The notes under the pieces were generated by a model that saw nothing but the letters and a program-made list of their open reading frames with translations, ran no database searches and had not been told where the DNA came from. DNA of 64,000 nucleotides. Origin: Raillietiella orientalis (Eukaryota). This document shows, piece by piece, positions 35,826-49,699 of this stretch. A program made the position numbers and the translations under genes. Numbering within the stretch: the stretch's first letter is position 1; every line of letters begins with the position of its first letter. The stretch is from assembly GCA_036172245.1 (NCBI GenBank), contig JAYWIR010000037.1, positions 124,001-188,000 on the forward strand, read 5' to 3'.

Positions 35826-37450
35826 TCATCCGTTCTCTGCGTCCCTAGAGACAACTGGAGGGTCAGACGCTCCTCTGGAGGACCTGGTGCCACCGCCGTC
35901 GTAAGGCAGAGCGTCCCTCGGCGTGCTGGAGGCAGCTCCTCCTCCTCCCGGGGTCCTCTCCCTGACTCCCTCGGGACTCGCTCTGGCGGGCTGGTCGGAG
36001 CCCCCGTGCGGGTCGCAGCGGACGTGGGTCCTCATGTGCCTCGTGATCATGTCACGCCTGCAGGCGGCGTACGGACACCGAGGGCACTTGTAGGGCTTTT
36101 CGCCCGTGTGGGTTCTCTGATGGGTCGACAGGTGGTCGGAGCGCGAGAAGACCTGCTGGGGGCCGTGAGAGCCACGGGGAAGGAAGGGGGGAGGGGGAGG
36201 GCAGGATCGCCTACCTGGTTGCATACCCTGCACGTGTACGGCTTGACGCCCGTGTGCAGCCTCATGTGCCGGGTCAGCATGTCGCTCCGGGTGAAGGATC
36301 TGTCGCAGCTGTCGCACGAGAAGGACCGCACGGCCTCCAGGTGGCGCGACCGGTGCCGGGACGCCACGTGCTTGCTCAGCCGGTCGTGCAAGCCGAAAGA
36401 CTGACCGCAGATAGGGCAAGCAAAGAAGCCGCCCTCTCCCGCCTCTCCTGCAGGAAGGGCTGGTCTTTGCTGCTGCTGCTGCTGCCGCGTGTCCTGTCGG
36501 GGTCCAGGGCCGAAGCCACGCTTCCTGCGCGTGTCTTCGAGGTGGTGGTGGTGGTTCGAGAATGGCGGGTTGGGAAGCAGTTCTGAAAATAGGGGCACGG
36601 CGTGGAGGGGTCCACTGGCGCGGAACGTGGGACCGAGAGCCTTCCTCACGTCCAGCTCCGAGTCTTCCCTTGCATCCGGCTTCAGGGACAGATCCAGGGG
36701 AAACTCTTGTCCAGCGAACGGTCCTTCCCCTTCGTCTTCTTCCTCTTTTTCAGCGGGGGAGGGTTTCGGGGCGGACTTCCTCTGGGCGGTGCTTCGCTTG
36801 GCAGGGGTGACCGGCAAGAAGGAGGAGCTGACCCAGGAGTGCAGGTCAGAGTCCGAATGGCTGCGCTGCCGGTAGATGTCTCTGAGCAGGGTCGCGTATT
36901 GCCCGAGGGGGCTCCCTAAGAAGCGGGATATAGGAGGAAGATCCAAAGGGAATGGGGAGATGGGCTCGAAGGGGAACCGAGGACTCGTCGAGGAGGCCTC
37001 CTTGAGGAAGGATAAGCCCTCGGGAGCGAAGCTCGTTCCAAGCTGACCACTCCCGATGGGATGACCCCCGGGTTTTCCCGGGTAGTTTTCTCCCGCGCAA
37101 CCGAAGAGGGCATCGTTCCAAGCAGTGGGCAGACCACAGGTGGGGTCCTCTGCGTTGCTTTCTCTGATCCTTAGCGGACTGAAGCTCAGCTTGGCACCCT
37201 CTTCGCCCGGTAGGGGTGCATCGAAAAGGGAGGAAGAAGATGTGGGGGAACCGGGATAGAAGACGTCTTCCTCGTACTCTCCCGTGGACAGGGAATTCGG
37301 ATTGTCGTCGTCCTTGTCGAACTCCTTGAGGTTGGCGTCTGTCGACGACGCTCGACTCGAGCTCGATGTGCCCGGAAACCGAGCCTCAAGGTTCACCATG
37401 TCACCGCCAGGGTCGTCTGGCAGCATTTTCGTGTGCAGAACGTCCGCCAT
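35826..37450 (-). CDS. klu: Klumpfuss-like (EGR/WT1-related) C2H2 zinc-finger transcription factor, 4 fingers, ~520 aa
   Basis: Exon 1 37450-36215, 62-nt GT-AG intron 36214-36153, exon 2 36152-35826. Joined fingers read CPICGQSFGLHDRLSKHVASRH ... CDSCDRSFTRSDMLTRHMRLHTGVKPYTCRVCNQ|VFSRSDHLSTHQRTHTGEKPYKCPRCPYAACRRDMITRHMRTH, which I recognise as the Klumpfuss finger array. Long Ser/Pro-rich N-terminus with a PLDLS motif. Confidence 0.9.
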
Positions 37451-40196
37451 TTCCCCCTCTCTCTCTCGCTCTCTCTCCCTCCCGCGGCTGCTCTCGAGCT
37501 CTGCTAGTGGGCGATACGTCGAGCTGCACTCATCCAGCCGACCGGGCTACTGTTGCTAGGGAACGGCGGCGAGAGGAAGGGACGACGGCTAACGACGACG
37601 GCGACAACAGCAGCAACAACGAGGAGCAGCAGAAGCAACAATGGGGGCGGGGGGCGGGGGGAGGGGGAGGGGGGGGGGAGAGAGAGAGAGAGCCGATACG
37701 CAAGGAGGAAGGGATCACGGGGAAACACTCGCGGAAGCTTTGCGATCCCTTTGACACATCCACCCCGAGAGGGAACTGCCGTTCAGGGACCCTGCGTTGC
37801 CAGAGGGCGGTATGCAACACAGTCCTGTCGAAGGGAAAGGAGGGGGGGGGAAGGGAGAAGGGGGAGGGAGAGGGACAGGCTCGGTCGCCAGTGGTGGCGC
37901 TCGGCCTCGTCTCTGTCGGGTGACACAGGTGTGTGTTTCAGTCTTTGCGTGAAGCAGCAGAGGGCTCACGGACTCGAGTGGTTCGTTGGAAATTCTGTTC
38001 CCTGGAAACAAAAGGAAAAGAATCAGAGGCGGCATCCGGATGGATGGTGGAGGAGGAGCACAGAGATGACGTTATGTGATTCAATCGACCAATGAGACTC
38101 GGGTTTCAACATTTTTTTTTTTGCTCCTTCTTCTCTTACTCGGTTGAATAAAACTCGATATTTTGACGGAACGATAGGTTCTTGCGGTGTGCACAGAGCG
38201 CGTGCGTACTGCCGGATGCACGTGTCTTCTTCCAAGTCATAATTTTTGTTCGCTTTTTTTTTTTTTTGTTTTTTGTTTGTTGATATTTTGGTCTCCTTTT
38301 TCGAGAGTTTTTTCCTTTTTCTCATAGGGGTGGGATGGGGGAGGATCAGCAAGAGCCCTGTTTTCCGAAACGACCCTGCAATGCGAAGTCTACTCGTCTG
38401 CAAAGCCTGGTCGGTATGTGTAACAACAGGCTTACATCATTATTTCGTCCCGCTTACGCTTGTGCAATTGATTAAACTTTCCGCACCTACGGTGGAGCTC
38501 ATCACGATTTCGTGCAGCTTACGTCATGGTTTCGTCGGGTTCTCGTCACTTCCTGAAACCCGATCTTGGTCACATCTTCTCTACCACAGTTTTCGGTTTC
38601 CGATGTTCTTCCGTTAAAAATGAGCAGCCACGCTTGTCTGATCGAATATCTTTTTGCGCACGAATTGCACACATGTTTGCCGCCATTCCTAGCAAATCAA
38701 TTCTGTGTTTCGGCAGACTGGCTTAGGCTAGTTGGCGTAGGGATCCACGATGAGGTGTATTTATAGATCTCACGAGCGTCTCTGTTACATAGACCTCATC
38801 CCGACTGCCATTGTTGCGTACACGCTTGGCTTCGACACGGAGTTGGAATGACTGACTGTGCTCCGACGCTCCATTAATTTACGTACCTTGTTTCGTGAAG
38901 TCGTAATCACACTTGCCGTATCTTTGTCTAGAAAAAGGTTATGTGGAAACGACCATTTACAGCTCCTCGCTCGTTCTCCCCTTCCCTCCCTCCAAATGTC
39001 AAACGGATGCATGACTTGCAAAGTAGCACTGCTTTCCTTTCTGCTCCTGTGAATGAAAGAGTGGGCACAGAGCTACCTATTGCACTCATAGAGGGGCGCA
39101 CCACTAGCGAGGGTTAAAACGAAGTGCTCCTTTTGGAGAAGCAGGAGAGAGAGGCAGATTCAGTGTGATACCACAGGACAGCATGTATCTTTTTTTTTTT
39201 CTTCCTTTTCTTCTCGTATCCTAAAACAAAGAAGCAGGGAAAGATTAATAGTGGCTGGCAAGAAACTGGTGAGCGAGTGGGGAGGCGGGGGAAGGGATTT
39301 CGCACTTCCCAGACGTGGAATGCTTCCCACTTTACCGGAAGGAGATATGGAACCAAATAGTGTCGCCAGCGACGAAGACGGCAAAACGACTCCAAACACG
39401 CAAGGCACGTCCGTGGGAGCCAGCGGGAAATCGCTTCATCCCCTGCCCCTCCAACACACACCCTGAGCCTTCCCCGCCTCTCTCTCGAGGGGTCTGTTTC
39501 CCTTTCCAGTACCGTCTCGCAGGTGCAAAAAGGAACAAACGAGCGACGGTTCCTGGAGACGGAAGGGCTGAAAGATTGAAAATGCGGGCGCGACAAACAA
39601 GTAGCAGAAGAGAGAGAGAGAGAGAGAAAGTCAGAAAGGGGGTAGGGGGAACCTGAGAGTGCAGGAAGAAGGGAGAGGGGTGGTAGCAGGGATGAGAAGC
39701 TCACGGCGCATCCGTACCGACAAGACACGTCCATTAGCTGAACTGCGGCGTCCAACTAGCCACCCGCAGCTTCGACACGACGACAACGGCGAAGAGGGGT
39801 GTCCGTGGGTCGCGGAGAAAAGAAGGGCGAAAGCGGGTCCTCCGTCGCGCGAGCAGAAAGAAAACTTCGTCCAGGGAAGGGGGAGGCGTCTGGAGATCGG
39901 GAACGGGGGCAAAGAGCTGGGTGGCAGGGGATCCAAAGACACGTCTGCCCGTCCCTCTCTCCCCCGGGACTCACAGGAGCTCGCTCGCACCCGATAGACA
40001 GCGCGCGCACGCACTCTCGCGGCAGGCACAGGCGGCAACGGCGACAGGACGGCTTACAGGGGAGTCTTAGCTTGGGTACCGCGCAGGCCGGACGCGCGTG
40101 CGCCCCTGGCGCGTGGGCGGAAGGCCGGCTCCCCCTCCTGCATCATCATCGGAGGACCGTTTTTTTCCTACGAGCGTCAGTAAGGTACCTTCACGG

Positions 40197-40221
40197 GAGA
40201 GAGAGAAAGAGAGAGAGAGAA

Positions 40222-40255
<34 letters not shown>

Positions 40256-40272
40256 GGAGGGAGGGAGGGAGG
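40197..40272. repeat. (GA)n/(GGGA)n microsatellite
   Basis: Directly visible. Confidence 0.9.
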
Positions 40273-43068
40273 GGGTACAGTTCCACAGATTGGGTACGGG
40301 ACCCCGTGGAATGATGAAGGGACGAGAATGGGAGGGAGCTGAGTGGTTCGTGTGGTTCTTCCTCCTCCTCCCCTTCGAGTTGACAATAAAAGTTCTTCGC
40401 CTACTTGCTTGGGAAGGTGGAGGAGACATGCAAATGAACGAATGGATAAGTGAAAATAAAAACGAGGTGGAATTACGAAGAGAGATGGCGGGAAAAAGAA
40501 AAGGTCGGAGAGCGACGATCGGGATTGCCGGAGTTCCTCTAAAGTTACCTGATGCAGCTGTCTGCCTCGCGCTCATGGGTCAGGGAGGCCACCGAATAAG
40601 CCAGGAGACCCTGACTAACCCTTCATCGTGTCCCCGCGAATGGAGTCAGAAAAGAGAATGGCACGGAGACGCTACCAGCTTGCCTTCTTTGGAAAGGGAT
40701 GGAGTCCGCCACCCCTTTTGTTCCGAGGAAAGAGCAAGAGGATGACGTTACCAAGCTGGGGAACTCCCAACGAACGACTTCCTTATTCTTCCCTACGTAC
40801 CCGCTACCCCTGCGCGTGCGCAGTTTTTTCCCGGAGCATCGCTCGGGAGGCGACGACAACCGAGGGCGACGAGGACTCGACGCCGTGGGCGCGCAGGCGT
40901 ATCCGCACGCCTTAGGACTTACGAGACGTCGCGCTCGACCCTCCGCCAAGGACGCGCGCCGTCTTCCCGCTCAGCCGGACTGAGGAGCAGGGATTCACTG
41001 CCTGCCTCGTCGTTTCCCCTTTCGCGCCCCGGCGGGCGTGGGAAGGAAGGGGGAGGGGGAGACGTCGGCAGCTTCCGATTCCCTTCCCTTTTCTCGCACG
41101 CCCGCCCGTCCGCTGGGGCTCCCGTCAGCGGGGAACAACAGTCGCTGCAGGGAGGAAGAAAAAAAAAAAGAAGGGGGGGGGGGAGGGGGATGGGAGAAGA
41201 GGGCGTGCCCGGACAGATAGGGACAACCGTCCGTTTCCTTGCTTTAGCCAACACGGGAAGGAGGAATGGTTCCTTCTCCCTGGTTTGCAACGCCGAACCG
41301 ACAGGAGAAAACTCGTGGGTGCGTCTACCCACGATCCCGCCGGAAGCTAAAGGGCACTTGGGGATTCCCTCTTTCTCAGTCGGCGGAAGGCGGGAAGCAG
41401 CAACAGAACGACTCCGGAGGTACCTGCGATGAGTGCGGGTGGGCGGAGAGGTCGAGTTTCTCGCGCGTGGGAGATACAGCGGGCCTCACTTGCGAGTGTC
41501 CCGAAAGGAACGTTTTTCCACTCCCTGCGGACCGCCAAGCGGCACGCGAAATGTCACGCGCTCCTCCCCGCGCAATCGGATCGAGGGTGCAGTGGGGATC
41601 TACAAGAAGGGAAGGAGAGAGGAAACTACTCTCATTCACTCTCTCTCTCTCCCTCTGTTCACGATGGCGGTCCTGAAAGCTCACGAGGACGGCGGAGGGA
41701 GAGATTCCGCGTCCAAAGGAAGGAAGCGGCGGAAAGGAAGAAGAAACGAAGAGCGGCACGGAGGGGGGGGGCGCGCGACGTCCGGCAGAGGCGGAGAAGA
41801 AGAAGAAGACGCGCTCGTTCGCACGCCGAACGGCTGTTTCGTGACGGAACAGGGATAGTGAAGGTGGGGAGAGGGAGGGAGAGGGGTGGATAACGGAGGG
41901 ATGTTCGGCTCCTTCACGCATACATGCAAGCACACGAGCGCAAACAAACCACTTGCCCGGCCTGTGCGCGGCTCGTGATAAATGCAGCGACCTTGTGCAT
42001 TGCCGCTTTTTCAATCAATAAATCAACGCACATTGCACTCGGCTCGTCTCCGCGAGCGGCAAGACGGCGCGCTCCGCGGGTGCGCGCGCCGCTCGTGAAC
42101 GAACGCTTATCGATCACACACACCGGTTGCTTGGTAGCGTAGGCCCGAACTTGAAACGCCGAGTTTCACTGCCAAGGATAACAGACAATCTGAAGAGACG
42201 AGCCGTTCAGCTCTCCGACGGCGCCCGGGAAACACCCGTTTGGTCTGGTTCGGGTGCTAGCTCTCCCGCCTCCTTTCCCCTCCCCAGCTCCCCTCTCCCT
42301 CTCTCTCCCTGCCCGTCTCTCTCTCTCTCTCTCTCTCTCTCCCTCCCTCCCCCCCCCCTCCCCTCCTCCCCTTCCCTTCCACCCTTCCCGTTTTTCCTCC
42401 GGAGAGTCTCCTGCTTTCCTTTCAGCTGCCGAAATCCTCTTCGGAAATTCGCTCGTCCGCTTTGCAAATATAGCTGAGGGATAACCGCCGCTCGCGCTGG
42501 AGACTCCTGCGAAAGATGCCAAGCCCTTACCACCTCCACGACAGTCCGTCTGGTCCATCAAGGAGGCTGGATGCTTGCACATTTCGGGAAAACACGCGCA
42601 CGAAACCGCGGAGCAGTGCGTCTTGAGCGGCGGCCGAAGTTGGCGCTGCGAGGAGGGACAGACTTCCGCTGCGGGACCGAGACATCAGCATCCCTCAACT
42701 CGTCAAAAGCAAAGCAAAACAAGAAAAAAAAAAAAAAAAAGAAAAAAGGAAGGAAGCCGTTCGTCGTGATAAAAATGTTTCATTAGCTCCTCTCCGTGAG
42801 CTACCCTCGTCCCCAGACTTCGCCTTTACTGCCTGCTTGGGAAAATCAATATCAAAAGCAATTCATATTCTCAAAAACAAACAAACACACAAACAAACAG
42901 AACAAAAAAGACTCGCCATCCACTCTTCTCGAAACCTAATGGAGGCATACATACTTGCATCATCAGAATCATTGTTTGTGATGATTATTAAATGCTGACC
43001 GAAGCTGAGAGCTCACTCATTGCACTATTCCAGTTTCTGATCAATTAGCGCAAGAGGATTTGACGAAA

Positions 43069-43134
43069 ACACACACACACACACGCACGCACACACACAC
43101 AAAACAAAACAAAACAAAACAAAACAAAACAAAC
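43069..43134. repeat. Compound (CA)n + (AAAAC)n microsatellite
   Basis: Directly visible. Confidence 0.9.
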
Positions 43135-44859
43135 TCTCTCCTCCTCCCCCCCCCCTTGCCCCCTTTCCCCCCCCCCCACCCCCCTAAAGCGGTTGTGAAC
43201 CTCCAATCGGGCAGCAAACAGCAAGGGCCTCATCGGAAGGAAGGAAAAAAAAAAAAAAAAAAAAAAAAACAGAGAAACTCACGGACACCATAAAAGGCGA
43301 GAAAACCGGCTCACCGGTGCTCACCTCAGCTCGCTGCCATGTTTTCCACTCCCTCACCGTTTCACGTTCCGTAACACGAGACCATTCAGCAGATTCCGCT
43401 CGCCTCGAACCGACTTCTCATGAACGAGTGATACTTTTTCTATTTCCCGGTCTGGGAATAAATTAAGGATCACTCATTAATTGGTTGTACACCGAGACGT
43501 TTTCCCGTGACGTCATCAATCGAACAGGTAGCTGGCTGGAAACCAGGGGTGGTGCTGGATGGGAAGGAGCTAACAATGCCCACTAGTTCTATTAGAGAAT
43601 CTGGAGCATTATCACTTGGAGGCTGAAGATTGCGCCATCGTGACCTCTTGACGTCAGTAACCTCGATATACAGATCTAAGGTTTCGTGTCTTTCTTCTCC
43701 AATCGGAGCGCGCTTTACCTCGCTGCATGTACGCTTTTTTTTTTTCCTTTTTTTCTTTTTTCCTTTTTGACTGCCTGTCGTTTTTTTCGTGTCGGTGAGA
43801 AATCGTGGAAGACAGTCAATGGCTGAGAAGAAATCACCCCCGTTCCGAGAATTTGAAGTTTCCAATACGCATGATTGACTCCACAGACTAGATGATCAGC
43901 AGATTTCCGTCCTTCCATCTACTACAGGTAGACAACACGGATGCACGCTCCTACACAGAATCAGCACAACGAGACAGAAGAAACACGATACCTGGAATCG
44001 GGTATCTCTTTTTTACTTTCTTCCTTTTTCCGTGAACTCTGGTCCCAAAATTCCTGGATCCTCAGTTCAGAATCGGATTTGTCATGTGTTGCAAAGGTGG
44101 CAAGAGGTGCGGCTCTCGAACCACGAAAATTCTGCCATCACCAGTGAGCCGAGACTCCATCCCGCTCCGCGAGATCCCAGCTTCCCGCCCGGAAAGGCTC
44201 GTTTCTACTCCGAATCTGCACCATTTTGCGAGCGAACGTTTCGTCGGGCAACACTTTATTTTTAGTCACATGGGGATCAGGCTGCCCCTCTCCCTGCTTC
44301 CCTCCCCCGCCCCGACATACACATGACGGTTGTTGTTGTTGTTGTTGTTGTTGTTTCTCCCTCTCTCTCTCTTCTCGGCTTCGAATGTGACACGATTCTC
44401 CATCATGGACCAGAACACGAACGTGGACAATTCCAGACTTGCGATCCGTACCGACCTTACGTCGGGAGTCCTCGGAATGAACACCTCTGCTCAGAAGTTC
44501 GAGGATTCCTCACGGCGCACTGCAGCAAAAGCAAAGGAAATGAAATCAGAGGAAGGGCCGCCCTGGGTGCTCCGGCAGCTGGATGAGAGCCTTCTGCTTG
44601 TGAGAGTTGCGTTTCCGAGCTCGGACGTCGGAGTACCAGATTCAAGTTGTGCCGTTGTATCGGTCTATACGACAGAAGAAAAGAAAAAAAGAAAGAAGAT
44701 TTGCCCTTTATGTGTCTCTCTCTACCTACTCCCTGCCCTTGCTCCTTTACGCCTCTCCTTTGTTAGGAGATCACGGAAGTCTGGAGATCATTACAAAGAT
44801 GCCGGACCAGAAAAATAAAATGAAACAAAAAAAAAAAAAAGTCAGCGACAGTTTCCAGG

Positions 44860-46900
44860 ATGAACTTCAGAAAACTGAATGCTCTCCTCTTGCTAATTGT
44901 TTCGAAGCAGCCCGAGGCGAACACGCCAAAGGAACTTGGCGTTACCAAATTCATCTCGATGGAGCTCGTCGACAGAAGTCAGTATTGCAGCATCGCAGAT
45001 GTGGTCACCGAACTGATAGAACCTATTATCGCTGTAAGCTGTTTTGCCATTAAGAATACGCCGCCCAAATGGAAACAGTCTGATAATGATGGCCAGAGGT
45101 GCTTAATGGAGTCATCGGAGCCCATTGCTCGGAGCACGAGCCATGCTGTGCGTTCGGGCCCAGGAAGACGGACGCAGGATGGATCACCCGAGGAGGAGGA
45201 CTCGCGGAAACTTTGGCAAAACGGGACGCCGGAGGCTGACGGATGCGGTCAGGCTGCACCCCTTTCTCAGGCGGCCGGGCGCCCACGGGTCGGGCGGCTA
45301 CCACCTTGGAGAGGACGACGCCGAAGGAACGGCGAAGTGCTCGTGAGTGTCTGCTCCGAAATTTTTCTCCAAACTGTCTGAGCAAGGAAGAGGTGGTGGG
45401 AGAGAGCCTCCCCGGGGAGCTGAACCCGCGGCAGGAGTCGCAGCCGAGCTTTCTGGGCGCACGCCGTTGGCAGTGCTTTCGCCCTCAATGTCGACGTGAA
45501 ATTTCGTGTCGGGAGGGACTTCTGGGAATGGAACGGAGTTTTCCGTTTACAAAGGTTTGGAAGGAAGGGATCGGGAGGGGAAACTGGTAGCAAAGCAATC
45601 AACATGCCCGGGTTCCTCGGTTTTTTTCCTTGGTGAATTGCTCAAGAAGGAACTGGTTGTCCTTTCCGAAAATAGGCTCTCTCTTTTCCAGTTTTCCTTT
45701 TTTTTTCTTTTTGAGGGAAAAGAGGGCAACGTATACAGAAGTAAAATCGAAATATCCCCTCGTCTCCCGACAACGGCGAACAAGTGGGAACCTCAGCGAA
45801 AGAGATGCTGATCTGGCGCAGCGAATAGCGACGGGAAGGAAGGGAAAGGCGCTGTCGAGCAACCGAACTGACCTCCCCCAGCGAAGAAGAAGCCAAAAGA
45901 GTTTCTCCCAAGAACGAGGGGGATCCTTCCCTGTTCCGGCGTCCCTGTAGCGTGCATTTCGATCTCCCCACTCTGAGTTTCCGTTCCAAAGGTTCGATCC
46001 TTTTCGATCAGATGGGCAATGACTAGATCGGGGAGGAACGATCGTGGTCATAAATCTTTCGGAAAGGAGAGCGGTTTCCATCGCCAGCAGCACTGGAAAA
46101 AGATGCTGCATTTCGGTCTTCCGGGGGAAGGGAAAGCGAGGGCGCGGTCTGCCTTGAGACACGATGATGCATTTCAAAACGGACAATGATGACTCAATTG
46201 TTGGTATCTTGAAATGAAAATGAGAATCTTGCGTGACTAACTCGCTGCTCGGACGGGGTCCCCGAGCGAAATAGCGGGAGGACCCGCCGAAATTTTGCTG
46301 TATTTCCGGAGCTGCGATTTTCAGTGCGATGGCTCTTCGAGACATCCGTGTTGTGTACACTTGCAGGAACGGACACGTTTCGGTATATACACGCCTGGCT
46401 CCAGGAGGATTCCGGAAGGATTGCCTGCAGAGGAGGAGGAGAAGCTCGATTTTCCGCCTGAATCCCTGGGAAGACACTGGGATCGCCTTCACTGGTATCG
46501 TCCCTTTCTTTCTCTCTCCCTCTATCCCTTTTTGCGAAGACGGCGAACCGAAATCCAGGAGCCTTGCTGTCGGGCAAAGACTGCTCCCTCAGTCCTATCG
46601 GCAGACCTCTCCAGAGAAGGAGAGTGGCTCAGAGGTCTGGGGACGAGGTCTCCCGGTCGGCATGGAGAGCGGAAATTTTCGGACAAGGCGTCCGGGATCA
46701 TTGAAGTGTCCGCGAAGAAGGAACCAAGAAGGAAAACCGTCCTCCTTTTCTGTTTCTCTCACAGGAAAACGGATACCGGAGAAGCTCCAAGATCGCCAGC
46801 TTCCCTGCAACGGCCTTGCTTGGCCTTCTTTATTAGCGTTTGCCACATGCAAGACAACGAACGTTGAGTCAGCCGACTCCTTGCAGCCAACATAAGTGTG
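44860..46900 (+). mobile_element. Heavily decayed Ty3/Gypsy-like pol (RT to integrase) remnant
   Basis: Eroded motifs in the expected order across frames: NFRKLN, ELGVTKFISMEL, SFLG, LLKK, MALRDIRVVYTC, PWEDTGIAFTG (46464-46496). No YxDD or LTRs seen. Confidence 0.45.
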
Positions 46901-47989
46901 TCCTGCATTTGGTGGGCTTTGTTCACCTACCCCGTGCAAGCGGGTTCGCTTCCTTGAGGAACCGAACTTTTCGTTCACTTCCATCCTTGGGCGCCGAGCA
47001 GTCGGATGCCGAGCTGGATGATGTCCGAAAGCTCCTCTCTGCGAAACCCAGGGAGCGCCACTCGTTGCGTTCGATACAGTTTGCGAGTGACATCTCGCGT
47101 TTATGAGGCGAAGCTTCCAAAAGGAATCCTCAACATTCGGTTTCCTCTCTGGCCGAGTATTCTGCAGTTATTCGAAATGCAAGCTGTGCACTGAAACAGT
47201 TTGCAGATTCTCTGCAGATAACTCCCTCAGAAGTAGGGAATTTTTTGATTCCAGCTACTTGACCGAGACCTCAACGTGGAACTCCACAAGTGAGAATCGT
47301 ACCGGTTGCCGTTCGAGAGAATTTTTGCTTATCTCTTGGGAGACGACCTAGAACCTTACAAACGTCTCAGAAATTCAGAGTATTCAGTGAGAGGAGCTTG
47401 CAAGGTGGTTTCTCCGTGTAAGAAGCATATCACGGGTAATGAGGTAGAGCGATTACCAGGCATAGCGGCCGGTCCAAGAAGATGAAATGAAGGAAGATGG
47501 CTGCTGAAGAGCATGAGACGGTGCTTGCAGCTGGTACTCGGAGGGAATGGAAGAAGATTTTCAGAAACCCCGTCCCTTCAGGCAGATGATACGGAACCTC
47601 GAGGCTCCTATTTCTTACCAACCACAAAAGCCTATAAAAAAACAGAAGAAGGCTTCCGGAAAGGAGGCAGTGGACCTGAGAGTCTAACCACTGAAGATGC
47701 CAAAGCCTAGCTCTAAACGAAACGGGCACACTCGCCTCGATCTGGAAACATCTGTCCAATGGCAGTTGAGCAGCAATGCTGTCCTCAGAATCCAGCCAGG
47801 ATGAGAATGCCAGAGGGAAAGGAGATCAGAATGTGCGGAACAAGACTCGATCGAGTGGAATGGGCTCCATCTGTCTCCTGCAAGAAGAAAGGATCTTCGT
47901 CTTCAGAGATGGCGAGAAGTCTGATTGTCGTTGGATTCGCAAGGTCCAGCTGAGGTTCTTCGAAACCTCCAAACCTAAAAACTGCACTC

Positions 47990-48530
47990 ATGACATTTCA
48001 CTTCAGATGCGAGGGCCTCTCTGTCGGAGATCAAAATCCGGCGGCGCCAAGCTTCTCTTTAAGAAATGTCCCTTTCGGAATCCAGACACGTGATCATTTG
48101 CTTATCTGTCCGTTATCACGCCGATCTGGACCCTGGAGAAGCAGTAGCCTGAAATTTCTTTTTTCATGGCGCGTGGAACAGTTGTTTCTGGACAGCTCTC
48201 ATGGACAGCTCGCTTTGTCTTCCTCGCCGTCAGGGTACACTTGTGACCGGCCTCGAACCGATGTGAAAAGCGCTGCTGCTCCCGGACTTCCTGTCCGTTC
48301 GTGTCCTCTCGGGATGGCTGTTTTCTGGTTATGATTTGAAAAGAGGACGCGCAGGAGACTCGCCACCTCTGGAAGGAAGGTGCAATCCTGCAAGGTCATA
48401 AGGGCCTCACGCACAGCATCGCCCAGCTAGAGAACTTGTGGCGAAGGCAGGGAAAACCAGAAATGAAATTGCAATGGGATGGCCAAAGAGACGGAATTAG
48501 GAGGAGCCAGCTGGAGTGGTCGGTAGGAAA
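47990..48530 (+). mobile_element. Decayed Gypsy-like integrase fragment
   Basis: DI...LCRRSK and ICPLSRRSGPWRSSSLKF resemble the integrase zinc-finger/core junction; 48362-48520 is homologous to the reverse complement of 54052-54206. Confidence 0.4.
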
Positions 48531-49699
48531 CTGGAGTCTGGAGGTTCCGTACCACCTGTCTAGAGGGACTGGTCCCCAAAAATCCTCTTTCATTCTCTTC
48601 CAGTGCCAACTGTGAGCACCGTCACCATCTTCCTTTAGCCTGCTCGCCTCCGTTGCATTGTTTGGAGACGTCGGACAGGGACCGAGAGAGCAAGAGGTGG
48701 GGTGGAGCTGCAGCCATCACGAAGAAGCGCAGCGGAGACCAACAGGGGGCTCCCCGGAAGCACCGCAGTTTCGGCAGATGCTTCCGCCGTCTTGCTCGGG
48801 GACCATGTCCGAGCAGTGAGAGGAACCGATTCCCAGAGGCGTGAGAGGTGGTGAAGAAAGAGGGCCGGTAGTCTTCCCTCGCGCAACAAGGGCCGGAGAT
48901 AACGAGTTCCTGGAGTCCTCCTGCGAGTTTTGCATGGAAGGGGCAGGCGACGCCCTGGGAACGGCCACTCCGTCACCGCGCGGTGCGGACGCGACACGGT
49001 CCTCCTGCGACGCCGGTTTGCTGCAGAGGAGCGAGGGAGGAGTGGGGCACAGGGAGCGGTCTCAAGCAGCAACCCCGCACGATCGGCATCGACAGCATCC
49101 GGACCGCGGAGTGCTGGCGAAGGAGGAGCTGTCGGCGCGCGGAACCCCGGCGGCGGCGCTGCCGGCGGTCGGATGCGGATGCGGCGCCAACTTCCGGTGG
49201 CGTCTCCCGAGCACCGGCCGCCTATCTGGGAGATGCGCTCCATGCGAGAGTCTGCCCGCGAACCGCTCGGCACAATGGAAGTCTCGGACAACTAGATGGA
49301 CAAGGGAGAGGTTGGTGAAGGAAACGAGCTCCGAGATCCGATGGAACCGGATCGAGGAGTTCGTCCTTCCCCCTGTGACTGGGGACGAGGCCACCCCTCT
49401 CTTCTCTGGGTGCTCATCCACGCCCTCGAGTCGCCGGAGGGAAAGATCCTCGTTCCGGGCTCGAGGGAGAGGTTGCCAGTCACGAAAGACGGAGCGAATT
49501 CTCGGTACGGTCGACGGGTGCCCTCGCATCGCATTCCCAATGGATCATCCATCTTTCCAGTCCAGAAGGCTCGCTCCGGTCCAGCGCGACACTGATGCGA
49601 ACTCCCGCCCCTACTTCCCCTGCCTACCCAGAGTACTCCGAGCGGATAGCATTCTCTCTTCGAGCATCGCGCGGGGTGTTCCCGGGTGCAGAGAAGGAG

